A DNA stretch of 64,000 nt from IMG/VR virus record IMGVR_UViG_3300030098_006570, positions 84,085 through 148,084 of that record, one strand, 5' to 3'. The stretch's first letter is position 1. Each line of letters begins with the position of its first letter. Shown in pieces: positions 38,882 through 47,511 of the stretch. This DNA is from a virus. Below the pieces are notes generated by a model that saw only the letters and a program-made list of their open reading frames with translations, was not told the origin of the DNA and ran no database searches. The position numbers were made by a program, and so were the translations under genes.

Positions 38882-39447
38882 GATTTTTCTCCTGCGCTAC
38901 GTGGGCCATCCATTTTTATATATTTCATCAGTCGCGGTGCAACTTCGAAGCCGGCTTCGTGAAGTTTATTGGCCCACCACTTGGCAATAGCCCCTTCTTC
39001 AAGCGCCGACGGAACCAGATTGGCCTTGATGCCGGCTGCTTCTGCCGCCGCCACTTCTTCCTCATCGTCGTCCCAATGCTCGGCAACACCCAAGGACAGA
39101 AGAGTCTCAGCTTTAAGGTCCCCATGTGTGTAGTGGATACTCTCCACAGGAAGCTCTAGTTCGGCTACCAACTCTTCTGGGTCTGGGGCTGTATCCCATG
39201 GGTGTTTATCCCCTGTGCGTTTTGACCGGGATGTAACAATTAGAACCTTGTTGCCGGCCGCTGCAAGTTCTCTTAGCTTTGCGATGTTCTCCTCGTGAGG
39301 GCCATCATAAAGAATGCCAAATTCGGGATCTTCTGGGTCTGGCTTATGTCTGATTAAAGTATCGTCGTAATCAAACGAATAAATGTTTTGTTCCAAGTTA
39401 TCTTGTTCGGCGATGTACTTTCGCCATTCTTTTAAAATTTGTTTCAT
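38878..39447 (-). CDS. HAD-superfamily hydrolase with MKQILKEWRKY leader
   Basis: FDYDDTL (DxD), IVTSR, K, HWDDD motifs. Confidence 0.75.
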   Translation of the reverse strand: MKQILKEWRKYIAEQDNLEQNIYSFDYDDTLIRHKPDPEDPEFGILYDGPHEENIAKLRELAAAGNKVLIVTSRSKRTGDKHPWDTAPDPEELVAELELPVESIHYTHGDLKAETLLSLGVAEHWDDDEEEVAAAEAAGIKANLVPSALEEGAIAKWWANKLHEAGFEVAPRLMKYIKMDGPRSAGEKS

Positions 39448-39512
39448 TATTATAAATATACCTTTTCATTCATTTACAGTATAACAGACTGAAAAAGGAA
39501 GTCAAGAGGTTT

Positions 39513-40244
39513 TTAATAGTCATCGTCCTCACCGTAATCTGGCGGGAAGATGGAGGAATCAATGATTTTGAAGTTACCTTCACTATCATGTCCAATGTTA
39601 CCGCTGCCAATCTCATATTTATCGATATTAAACTCGTGCATGGCTTTGCTTAACTCTTGATACGCAGGGCCAGCTACACGGGACAGTAGGACTCCGAGTT
39701 CTTGAGCAATCTCGGCACTTTTAGACTCGTCATCAGCCGCATCTTTGGTCCGATCATACCGGAAGGATCCCAGAATTGTCTTCAAGATATGAAAAGGGTC
39801 GGCAGGATTGATATCTGCCTCACGACGCCATTGCAATATGGCTTCTTTCTCTGCGGGGAAAGACTTATCAAGAACTTTTTCCAAATCATCCATGCGATCA
39901 ATTGGCGTAGCTTTGTCCACTACAACCCACGAGAAGTCATCAGCATGGGCGTACGCACGGGGGAATATAAGAGGATAGCGCTTGGCAGTGTTGAAATCGT
40001 CTTCATTCATCTGCATCTTATAATCATCGGGCTCGTGAATCATTTTGATAACGTGCTCGGGATCACTAACGGGCTGATACACTGCGCGAAAGGATCCGGC
40101 GCCAAGTTTCTTAAAGCGATCAGATTCTAGGATGGCATGGATCTCATCAAAGTCGTCGGTGGCTTGGATTTCTTTTAGCCAAGGGAAATATTGTGTCTCA
40201 TTCTCGGTAAGATACTTCCGCCAGTTTTCAAGTAGGAGTTTCAT
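39513..40244 (-). CDS. Protein-kinase-like fold protein with MKLLLENWRKY leader
   Basis: LGAGSFRAVY, VIKM, GNIG, KIIDS. Confidence 0.6.
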   Translation of the reverse strand: MKLLLENWRKYLTENETQYFPWLKEIQATDDFDEIHAILESDRFKKLGAGSFRAVYQPVSDPEHVIKMIHEPDDYKMQMNEDDFNTAKRYPLIFPRAYAHADDFSWVVVDKATPIDRMDDLEKVLDKSFPAEKEAILQWRREADINPADPFHILKTILGSFRYDRTKDAADDESKSAEIAQELGVLLSRVAGPAYQELSKAMHEFNIDKYEIGSGNIGHDSEGNFKIIDSSIFPPDYGEDDDY

Positions 40245-40525
40245 TCTTCGTCCAATTCGGGATGATACCCCAAATACACGCGCCCGATGTCGTCCCCCAC
40301 CTTTTTACCATCAGCTTTCAGTTCAGCCGGAACAGCCTTATCCGGTGTCCCATACCAGTAATAAACATCATAGCCGCCGTCCTCCCTCCATTTTACTACA
40401 AGTCCACGTTCGTGCTCTGCAGTGTCCGCTTTCAAGATTATTTCTTTATTTTGTGGAAGTACGAGGTCTGGCTCCCCACCCTCTTCTTTTAGTAACTTCC
40501 GCCAGTTTTCAAGGATTAGTTTCAT
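40241..40525 (-). CDS. Hypothetical protein with MKLILENWRK leader
   Basis: Start at 40525 inferred from the shared leader. Confidence 0.6.
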   Translation of the reverse strand: MKLILENWRKLLKEEGGEPDLVLPQNKEIILKADTAEHERGLVVKWREDGGYDVYYWYGTPDKAVPAELKADGKKVGDDIGRVYLGYHPELDEE

Positions 40526-40526
40526 T

Positions 40527-41768
40527 TTACCACTTCTTGCAGGACCAGTAACGCGCTTTTGTCTTTGGACCAGGGTTGTCACAGTTGTGACGAGCACGGA
40601 AAGACTTGCGCGCCTTGGGGTTGCTCTTACGAATTTTCATATTCGGATCACCAAAGTTAACCTTCTTTACATTTCCAGTTTTCGGATCCTTGACATAAAC
40701 TTTAAATTTTTTGACATCTCCACGGGTGGGTTTATTGAGGGTAACCTTACGCCCGCGATACTCAGCCTCGTAAACAAGATCAGGACAACCACAGGCCGCA
40801 GTATCAAGCTGTTCTATTAAACATGCAACGCACACGGGAGTGCCGTCGTCTAGGTAAGCCTCAGTCAGATGGGGAAATACATCCCGCTCCAAAAGCGCCC
40901 GATTAACTTCTTCAGCAATCAAACCGTATAGCTCATCACTTCTCATGGTAATTCCCTCTTTCTTGGTTTTCTTAGCTTTCTTGCCCCAAGATTTACCTTT
41001 ACCTCGCTCTTTACATGCGCCCGGGGTTGGACGACATGCCGGGTACTTCTTGCGCTTTTCACCAGAACCTCGGCCGCATGACTTGTAGCCGCCTTTACCG
41101 TCTGGGGCATTGCAGTCAACCCAACCTTTCTTAGAACCCTTCGCGCCCTTACGACCAAACCAATCTCGAAGTGATGACTCTTTGCTGGACTCAGTTCCAG
41201 CTTTCTTCTTTTTCTCGTCAAGGGTTTTTTTGACATCGATCTCTTCGCCATCTTGGAGAATATAATCTCCGTCTTCATGGAGTCCAACGTCGCTCATACC
41301 TTTGATAGCATCTTTGATTTCTTTTTCTGATGCTTTGGTGTGGTCCTTGAGCGCTTTCATACCTGCAGCGCCACCTTCCTCGATCAATGCTTTGCGAATT
41401 TTTGACTCTAGGTTTTCTTCGCCCTCAAAAAGCTCAATTTGTTCGTTTTTCTTACTCTTATTGCCCCAATTCTTTGCACCTACCTTGCGGCATTTTACAA
41501 GGGCCCCTGAGGCATACGCTGACGGCCAGACTTTATAACGAGAGCGCACTTTATGATAACAAGCGTCTCTTTTAGCCTTCTTCTTTTTCTTCTTCTTTTT
41601 CTTCTTCTCATCAAGGGCATCTTCTTCGATAACTTCTTCTTCGAGAGGCACACAGTTGGGAACCATCTTGTCGCCCTTCTTTTTCATTCCCACTTTTTTG
41701 TAGCCATCCCAACACGGATCAGCTGCCTCTTCAAGATAGGAATTCCAGTTTTCAAATAAGAGTTTCAT
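40527..41768 (-). CDS. Modular basic Cys-containing late protein with MKLLFENW leader
   Basis: PCWDGY, WPSAYAS, SLRDWF and FRARHNC...YWSCKKW modules. Confidence 0.7.
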   Translation of the reverse strand: MKLLFENWNSYLEEAADPCWDGYKKVGMKKKGDKMVPNCVPLEEEVIEEDALDEKKKKKKKKKKAKRDACYHKVRSRYKVWPSAYASGALVKCRKVGAKNWGNKSKKNEQIELFEGEENLESKIRKALIEEGGAAGMKALKDHTKASEKEIKDAIKGMSDVGLHEDGDYILQDGEEIDVKKTLDEKKKKAGTESSKESSLRDWFGRKGAKGSKKGWVDCNAPDGKGGYKSCGRGSGEKRKKYPACRPTPGACKERGKGKSWGKKAKKTKKEGITMRSDELYGLIAEEVNRALLERDVFPHLTEAYLDDGTPVCVACLIEQLDTAACGCPDLVYEAEYRGRKVTLNKPTRGDVKKFKVYVKDPKTGNVKKVNFGDPNMKIRKSNPKARKSFRARHNCDNPGPKTKARYWSCKKW

Positions 41769-41769
41769 T

Positions 41770-42054
41770 CTATTCTTTACCCTTTCCTTGCATCCTAAGT
41801 AGTCGATCTTCGGCATATTTTGCCCTCATATCGCCCAAACCACGGTCAATTTTTTCAAGTGCTTGGACTAACATCTTTTCCTGATTGGCTAGTTTGGACA
41901 CGATCATTTCCTGGTGATATTGGCGCGCTTCCTTGGCGGCCGCCTCCTCTTCTTTTTTATCCTTACGTTGCTGCCAGTTCATGAATAACAAAGAAGCAGT
42001 CCACAATCCTAGGACGCCATATTGAGCTAAGCCTTTTATTATTTCGAGTTCCAC
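41770..42054 (-). CDS. Holin-like single-TM protein
   Basis: LAQYGVLGLW TM plus coiled coil; near the amidase; late motif upstream. Confidence 0.45.
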   Translation of the reverse strand: MELEIIKGLAQYGVLGLWTASLLFMNWQQRKDKKEEEAAAKEARQYHQEMIVSKLANQEKMLVQALEKIDRGLGDMRAKYAEDRLLRMQGKGKE

Positions 42055-42070
42055 TCAGTAAATAGTGATA

Positions 42071-42727
42071 TTATAGCGTCAACAACCACTCAATTGAATA
42101 GTTCACCTCTTCTGCACTATATCCCCGATCAATATCTCGTAAAATCATGTTACCGTCAATGTAATAAAACGTTGGCCAGCCAGACAGTGCCCAAGTCCCC
42201 CCAGCGCTTTCGAGCATCGCTCTGCTACCCCCGATTACAAGAGAGCTAGTATTGCCGTATTCTTGCGCCCAGGCTTGGACATCTTTAGCGGTGGGCACAT
42301 TGCCTTCGGCTGTTTCAATCAGAACAGTGATATAAAGAAGCCCTGTGTCGCTATATTGATCTTGTACCTCTTGGGCGTGTTGCGCTGCTAGTCGACAGGG
42401 ACCGCACCACCCGGCTGAGAAATCCAGTACGATTGGGCGCCCAAAGAGGGCGTATAGACTAAAGGCATCGCCCTTGTGGTCGACGGCCGTAATATTACAA
42501 GGGTGTTCTCCCTCTACGCACGCGCACGATTTCCAATCAATGGGACTGGTGGGAAGCATATCCCACGGATCCGTTTCGTGAAAATTCTCCAAAGCAACAA
42601 AGTCTAGTGTTTCCTGGTGATCTTCCGGGCCCAAGTCTCTTGGAATCCTATCAAACTCCTCCTTTCCCGAAGGGGGCGTACACGCGAATAAAGACGCGCA
42701 TAATACTAACAAAACCGTACGTAACAT
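42071..42727 (-). CDS. TlpA/thioredoxin-like lipoprotein
   Basis: Lipobox LFAC; DFSAGWCGPC; WPTFYYID. Confidence 0.85.
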   Translation of the reverse strand: MLRTVLLVLCASLFACTPPSGKEEFDRIPRDLGPEDHQETLDFVALENFHETDPWDMLPTSPIDWKSCACVEGEHPCNITAVDHKGDAFSLYALFGRPIVLDFSAGWCGPCRLAAQHAQEVQDQYSDTGLLYITVLIETAEGNVPTAKDVQAWAQEYGNTSSLVIGGSRAMLESAGGTWALSGWPTFYYIDGNMILRDIDRGYSAEEVNYSIEWLLTL

Positions 42728-42749
42728 AGCGACATACCTCCTATTGTAA

Positions 42750-43067
42750 CTAGAGGAGATGCTTTTTGTTCGGTATGTTTTTATATTTATCCGCGTCGGG
42801 GTGAGGGTCGATGGAATAATCTATGGGGGGAGAAATTACAGCTAATCTTTCATTTATTTCTATAAACTCCTCTTGGTCCGCGGGGACTTCAAAATCCCCA
42901 TATATTGCATCCACAGGACAAAGAGGCGTACATGCGTCGCAGTTTATACACACTTCCGGGTCGATAACGAGCATATCCGGAGCTTCCCGAAAAGCATAGA
43001 CAGGGCACGCGTCGACGCAATCAGTATACTTACATTTAATACAAGCCTCAGTTACCACATATGTCAT
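42750..43067 (-). CDS. fdxA: 7Fe ferredoxin (FdxA-type)
   Basis: MTYVVTEACIKCKYTDCVDACPV...CINCDACTPLCP. Confidence 0.92.
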   Translation of the reverse strand: MTYVVTEACIKCKYTDCVDACPVYAFREAPDMLVIDPEVCINCDACTPLCPVDAIYGDFEVPADQEEFIEINERLAVISPPIDYSIDPHPDADKYKNIPNKKHLL

Positions 43068-43469
43068 TTAGGTAAAGTCCTTAGGATCCCTATATTTTTG
43101 TCTTACCTTTTCAGATATCGGGATCGCTTCTCCATCACCGTCGATACGCACGAAGGTCATGGTGGTGCTCGCGACAGCTCGCTGGGTGCCGTTGTACACA
43201 GAGTGCCTTCTCGCCTCCATAGCCAGCGTTAGAGACGTTTTACCGACCTTGGCCACCTCTCCATATATCTTGATGATCTGACCGGGTCTGCAGGGCTTCT
43301 CGAAGGTCAATCCAGAAATATGTTTAGTGACCATTCGCGGAGTATCAGCAACCTGAGCAGCGTATGCAGCTGCGGCTTCGTCTAACCATGCGAGCATGAC
43401 ACCGCCGAAGAGGTTTCCGTGATATCCCACATCTTGTGTTTTCACAAAGTGGGTAGATATTAATTCCAT
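43068..43469 (-). CDS. Hotdog-fold acyl-CoA thioesterase (YciA-like)
   Basis: HGNLFGGVMLAWLDEAA, VGKTS. Confidence 0.88.
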   Translation of the reverse strand: MELISTHFVKTQDVGYHGNLFGGVMLAWLDEAAAAYAAQVADTPRMVTKHISGLTFEKPCRPGQIIKIYGEVAKVGKTSLTLAMEARRHSVYNGTQRAVASTTMTFVRIDGDGEAIPISEKVRQKYRDPKDFT

Positions 43470-43646
43470 TTATTTAGCTTTTTCGGGGGTAGACGATGCG
43501 CTCAAATCTTTGTTCACCTTTTTTACTTGCGCGCATTGGGTATTTTGACATAACTCGTTAACTTTAGCCTGTAGTTTTTCAATTTTTAAGCTCAAACTTT
43601 CCACCACAGTGGAAATTTCCAGTATAATTTTTTCTCTAGAGTCCAT
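43470..43646 (-). CDS. Unannotated 58-aa coiled-coil protein
   Basis: Read by hand: MDSREKIILEIS...PEKAK; fills the gap exactly. Confidence 0.5.
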   Translation of the reverse strand: MDSREKIILEISTVVESLSLKIEKLQAKVNELCQNTQCAQVKKVNKDLSASSTPEKAK

Positions 43647-44268
43647 CTGCTTCGATCTCCTGTATCATCGCGAAGTGAGCATCAGCCACTGCCTGCCTCG
43701 TGAGGGGATCCAGTAACGCTGTGGCATCATCAAAATTAGTCATAAACCCATTCTCAGATAAGACTGCCGGCATATGAGTTTTTCGAAGAACGTAAAAGTT
43801 GGCCCATGTATCGTTACTCCGAATTCCTCGGTCGTAAAACACAGTAAGGTCGGCGAGCCAGCGTTGAAGACTTGTGGCTAATCGCTTGCCGGATCGACTC
43901 TTATAATGATAGAATGTGCATACGCCTTTGGCCTTATTGAAGTCACGTCCGTTTCCAAAAGCATTGGCATGCACCGAAACGTATATAGAATTGCGATTTT
44001 GACGATGAAGCTCGTTAGCTGTACGTACGCGGTGAGATAGTGGAATGTCTTTATTGGTGTTTACGATATCGGCACAATCAATGTTATGCTGTTTGCATAA
44101 CTCTATAACACGGTCCACCACATCGCGATTGAATTCTCCCTCATAAAGGACAGATCCATCAGGAAAGCGAGGGGATCGTTTTCCTGCGGTCTGGTAAACA
44201 CCGTTGATTATTCCGCCGTGTCCTGGGTCTAGGAGCCATGTGTGGCGCGACATTGGTCTTTCCTCCAC
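43636..44268 (-). CDS. N-acetylmuramoyl-L-alanine amidase (Amidase_3), probable endolysin
   Basis: LDPGHGG, E, SVHANA, FYVLR, PAVLSENGF. Confidence 0.92.
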   Translation of the reverse strand: MEERPMSRHTWLLDPGHGGIINGVYQTAGKRSPRFPDGSVLYEGEFNRDVVDRVIELCKQHNIDCADIVNTNKDIPLSHRVRTANELHRQNRNSIYVSVHANAFGNGRDFNKAKGVCTFYHYKSRSGKRLATSLQRWLADLTVFYDRGIRSNDTWANFYVLRKTHMPAVLSENGFMTNFDDATALLDPLTRQAVADAHFAMIQEIEADGL

Positions 44269-44269
44269 T

Positions 44270-44770
44270 CTATAAATATTCTTTCCATTTCAAATTTCCT
44301 TTACCGATACGTTTTTTAATTATAGACCGATAGGAAGGTTTCTTCGGCGGCCGCATAAGAGTCACCGGCGCATTTTCGATCAAAAAATCACGTTTTTTCT
44401 GATTGCAAGCGTTGCATGCGGCAACAACATTGTCCCATGTATTAGCGCCTCCTTTGGAACGAGGCAAAACATGGTCGATCGTCAGGTCGCCTTCTCGGAA
44501 ATGTTTGGTGCAATATTGGCACCTATTTTCGTCCCGTAAAAGGATATTCTTGCGCGTACATGGCAAAGTAAAGAATTTTTCGTCAATATAGCGGAATAAG
44601 ACGATAACAGAGGGTATTTGAAACGCTTGTGTAGCCGAATGAACCCATTTATCGGTATATTCAGCAGCCCAGGCCTTTTTGAGCCATGTCAAAATGATTG
44701 CCTCCTCCCAACTAATCACTTCGATGGGTTTGAACGACGAATCGAGTTTTAGAACGGAAATGGTCTCCAT
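44270..44770 (-). CDS. HNH endonuclease (McrA-like)
   Basis: RDENRCQYC, TIDHVLPRSKGG, NVVAACNACN. Confidence 0.92.
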   Translation of the reverse strand: METISVLKLDSSFKPIEVISWEEAIILTWLKKAWAAEYTDKWVHSATQAFQIPSVIVLFRYIDEKFFTLPCTRKNILLRDENRCQYCTKHFREGDLTIDHVLPRSKGGANTWDNVVAACNACNQKKRDFLIENAPVTLMRPPKKPSYRSIIKKRIGKGNLKWKEYL

Positions 44771-44878
44771 TTATCTCTAAGGTGGCACGACAGAGGGGCG
44801 CCCTCATTATAAATAGAAATTATTTTGTCGATAAAAGACGAGCGCCAAGAAAATACGCTAAAAAAACCAAAAAAGAGC

Positions 44879-44907
44879 TTGCCATCTGAATTTGGGTCAA
44901 TTATAAT
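44879..44907 (+). promoter_or_regulatory. Sigma70-type promoter of the yeaH-spoVR-prkA operon
   Basis: TTGCCA-N17-TATAAT. Confidence 0.7.
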
Positions 44908-44959
44908 ATGAAAGATCCTAAAACTAAACAGTTTTGTCGGGCATCAAAGTAATTAGTAT

Positions 44960-46198
44960 ATGAGCGTATTCCGCAAACACAAATCAATTGTCGACCGAGC
45001 CGCCAGTGACCGAATTCGTCATAAAAAGAAAATTGAAAAGGCAATCAAAGATTCTATCAAAGACGTTATTGCTGAAGAATCTATCATTGGCCAAAATGGC
45101 AAGAAAAAGATCCGAATTCCGGTCCGGGGCATCAAAGAATATCGCTTTATCTACGGAAATAACGAAAATAACAAAACTGTAGGCTCCGGAGGGCAGCATG
45201 GACTGAAAAGAGGTCAAAAAATCGGTCAAAAACGGGCTGACAAGGCCAAAGGCCAAGGAACGGGTAAGGCCAGTAACGAAAAAGGTGACCAATACTATGA
45301 TGTAGAAGTTACATTGGAAGAATTGGCTGAATATTTGTTCGCAGATCTAGAATTGCCGGATTTAGAGAAGAAACAATTCAAATTTATCTCTCACGAGACC
45401 ATCAAACGCCAAGGATACCGCTTTCAAGGCATCCGTCCGCGCCTCTCCAAGAAAGAAACGCTCAAAAGGAAGATTCGACGTCAGAAAATGGCGGAAAAAG
45501 CCGGAACCTATGACCCCGAGAGCGACGATCGCTTCCCCTTTCACAAGGATGACCTAAAATATCACCATATCAAACCCAAAGTTAAAGAAAACAGCTCTGC
45601 CGTCATCTTTTTCCTCATGGATGTATCGGGATCCATGTCTCAAGACCGAAAATACCTGGCGAGGAGCTTCTTCTTCCTCTTGTATCAGTTCTTGAACCAC
45701 CGATATGAGAATGTGGAGGTAGTTTTTATCTCTCACTCCACAAATGCGGAGCGTGTGACTGAAGAAGACTTCTTTAAAGTAGGTACATACGGTGGTACAA
45801 TTGTTTCATCTGCCTTGAACCGCCAAATCGAAATCGTAGAAAAAGAATTTCATCCAAATACATGGAATATTTACACTTTTTACTGCGGTGATGGAGAAAA
45901 TTGGTCTTCGGACAATGAAAAATGCATAGATTTGTTCAAGCAGATCAAAGATATAAGCCAACTAACAGCTTATTGCGAGATTAACGAGCACTATGGCAAC
46001 TTCGCCGAGGAGGGAAGCAACGAAGTTATGCCAGATGGGTACCCGTGGCCCTCATTTTCAGCTTGGAAGCAGGAAGAAAAGGACAATCTGTGGTCCAAAC
46101 TCACTCCCATCTGCGACAATAAGTTCAAAAAAGTGATGATTGGTCATACCGATCACATTTGGAAGGCCTTCAAATCTCTATTTGGTGGAGGAAAGTAA
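44960..46198 (+). CDS. yeaH: YeaH/YhbH (DUF444) VWA-domain protein
   Basis: DRIRH, IPVRGIKEYRF, MDVSGSM (MIDAS), GGTIVSSA, DGENW. Confidence 0.9.
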   Translation: MSVFRKHKSIVDRAASDRIRHKKKIEKAIKDSIKDVIAEESIIGQNGKKKIRIPVRGIKEYRFIYGNNENNKTVGSGGQHGLKRGQKIGQKRADKAKGQGTGKASNEKGDQYYDVEVTLEELAEYLFADLELPDLEKKQFKFISHETIKRQGYRFQGIRPRLSKKETLKRKIRRQKMAEKAGTYDPESDDRFPFHKDDLKYHHIKPKVKENSSAVIFFLMDVSGSMSQDRKYLARSFFFLLYQFLNHRYENVEVVFISHSTNAERVTEEDFFKVGTYGGTIVSSALNRQIEIVEKEFHPNTWNIYTFYCGDGENWSSDNEKCIDLFKQIKDISQLTAYCEINEHYGNFAEEGSNEVMPDGYPWPSFSAWKQEEKDNLWSKLTPICDNKFKKVMIGHTDHIWKAFKSLFGGGK

Positions 46199-46200
46199 CC

Positions 46201-47508
46201 ATGAGTGACTGGACTGAAGCAGATTTGCTTCATTGGGATGAAAAAATCATCAGGATAGCGGAGGATTTAGGACTCGATTGGCATCCTATTGATTATGAGA
46301 TCATCGATTACCAAGAAATGCTCGGCGCCATGGCTTACACCGGTCTACCAACGCATTATCGGCACTGGTCATACGGCAAAGAGTACGAGCGTACGCATAC
46401 GCTTTATAATATGGGCCAAACAGGGCTACCTTATGAGATGATTATCAACTCAAATCCGTCTATCGCATACTTGATGAGAGAAAATGCGCTCTACATTCAC
46501 CTCTTGACGATGGCTCACTGCGTTGGTCACTCGGATTTTTTCAAACAGAACCGTATGTTTGCCGAAACTAACCCGGAAAACATAATTGATAGCTTCAAGT
46601 CTTCTGCTAAATACGTACGACAATTGATCGAAGACCCGTCTATTGGTATTGATAAGGTGGAAAATATCCTAGACGCTGCACATTCTATCAAATATCAGGT
46701 ACCGCGTTTTCCTGGGATCAAATACAAAAGCCGCGATGAATTGATAGCGCTCGAAAAAAAGAAGATGATCGAGAATCCAAACTATTCTCCCAATCTCTCT
46801 AAAAATCCCCTGAGGCCAGAGTATAACCTTCTTCGCTTTATAGCAGAACACAGCAAAGGTCTGGAGGAATGGGAGAGGAACCTTATTCTTATTGTTGAGG
46901 AAAGTTCGAAATATTTCATCCCCCAGGCGCTCACGAAGGTGATGAATGAGGGGTGGGCCTGTACAATTCACTACAAGATTATTAATGAGCTAAACTTACC
47001 GGATAAGCTTCACCTGCCGTTTATCAAGCTTCACAATCAGGTAGTACGACCCCATCTCGGCCAACTTAACCCCTATCATTTAGGCTTCAAATTGTTTGAG
47101 AAAATTATCGAGAAGCAGGGTATGGAAGAGGCCATGATAGTACGAGAAGTTCACAACGATATTTCCTTCCTACGGTTCTATATGGACCAAGAGTTTATGG
47201 AGGAAATGAATTACTTTACATACTCCTTCAAAAAAACACAAAAAAATATTACAATAGATGATATCTCCGATGAAGATGGGTGGGAAAAAGTAAGAGACGA
47301 GTTAATTAGGAATATAGGACTTAACCGCGTACCAGTTATTTACGTGGACGAAGTAGAAAGAGACAACTCCTTGTGTTTGGTCCACGAACACGATGGCCGC
47401 GATCTCGACCTAGCGTATGCCCGCAAAGTATTCGAGCATATAAACACTTTATGGAAAGATAATGTCACTTTGACAACAATCGTGGAAAACGAAATATGGG
47501 AGTTTTAA
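46201..47508 (+). CDS. spoVR: SpoVR/YcgB family protein
   Basis: HWSYGK, YEMIINSNP, AHCVGHSDFFKQN, TKVMNEGWA, NPYHLG. Confidence 0.93.
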   Translation: MSDWTEADLLHWDEKIIRIAEDLGLDWHPIDYEIIDYQEMLGAMAYTGLPTHYRHWSYGKEYERTHTLYNMGQTGLPYEMIINSNPSIAYLMRENALYIHLLTMAHCVGHSDFFKQNRMFAETNPENIIDSFKSSAKYVRQLIEDPSIGIDKVENILDAAHSIKYQVPRFPGIKYKSRDELIALEKKKMIENPNYSPNLSKNPLRPEYNLLRFIAEHSKGLEEWERNLILIVEESSKYFIPQALTKVMNEGWACTIHYKIINELNLPDKLHLPFIKLHNQVVRPHLGQLNPYHLGFKLFEKIIEKQGMEEAMIVREVHNDISFLRFYMDQEFMEEMNYFTYSFKKTQKNITIDDISDEDGWEKVRDELIRNIGLNRVPVIYVDEVERDNSLCLVHEHDGRDLDLAYARKVFEHINTLWKDNVTLTTIVENEIWEF

Positions 47509-47511
47509 ATC

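Noticed and set aside
44270-44770. HNH as an intron/intein homing element
   Set aside because: Free-standing; flanking genes are intact and no splice structure is visible
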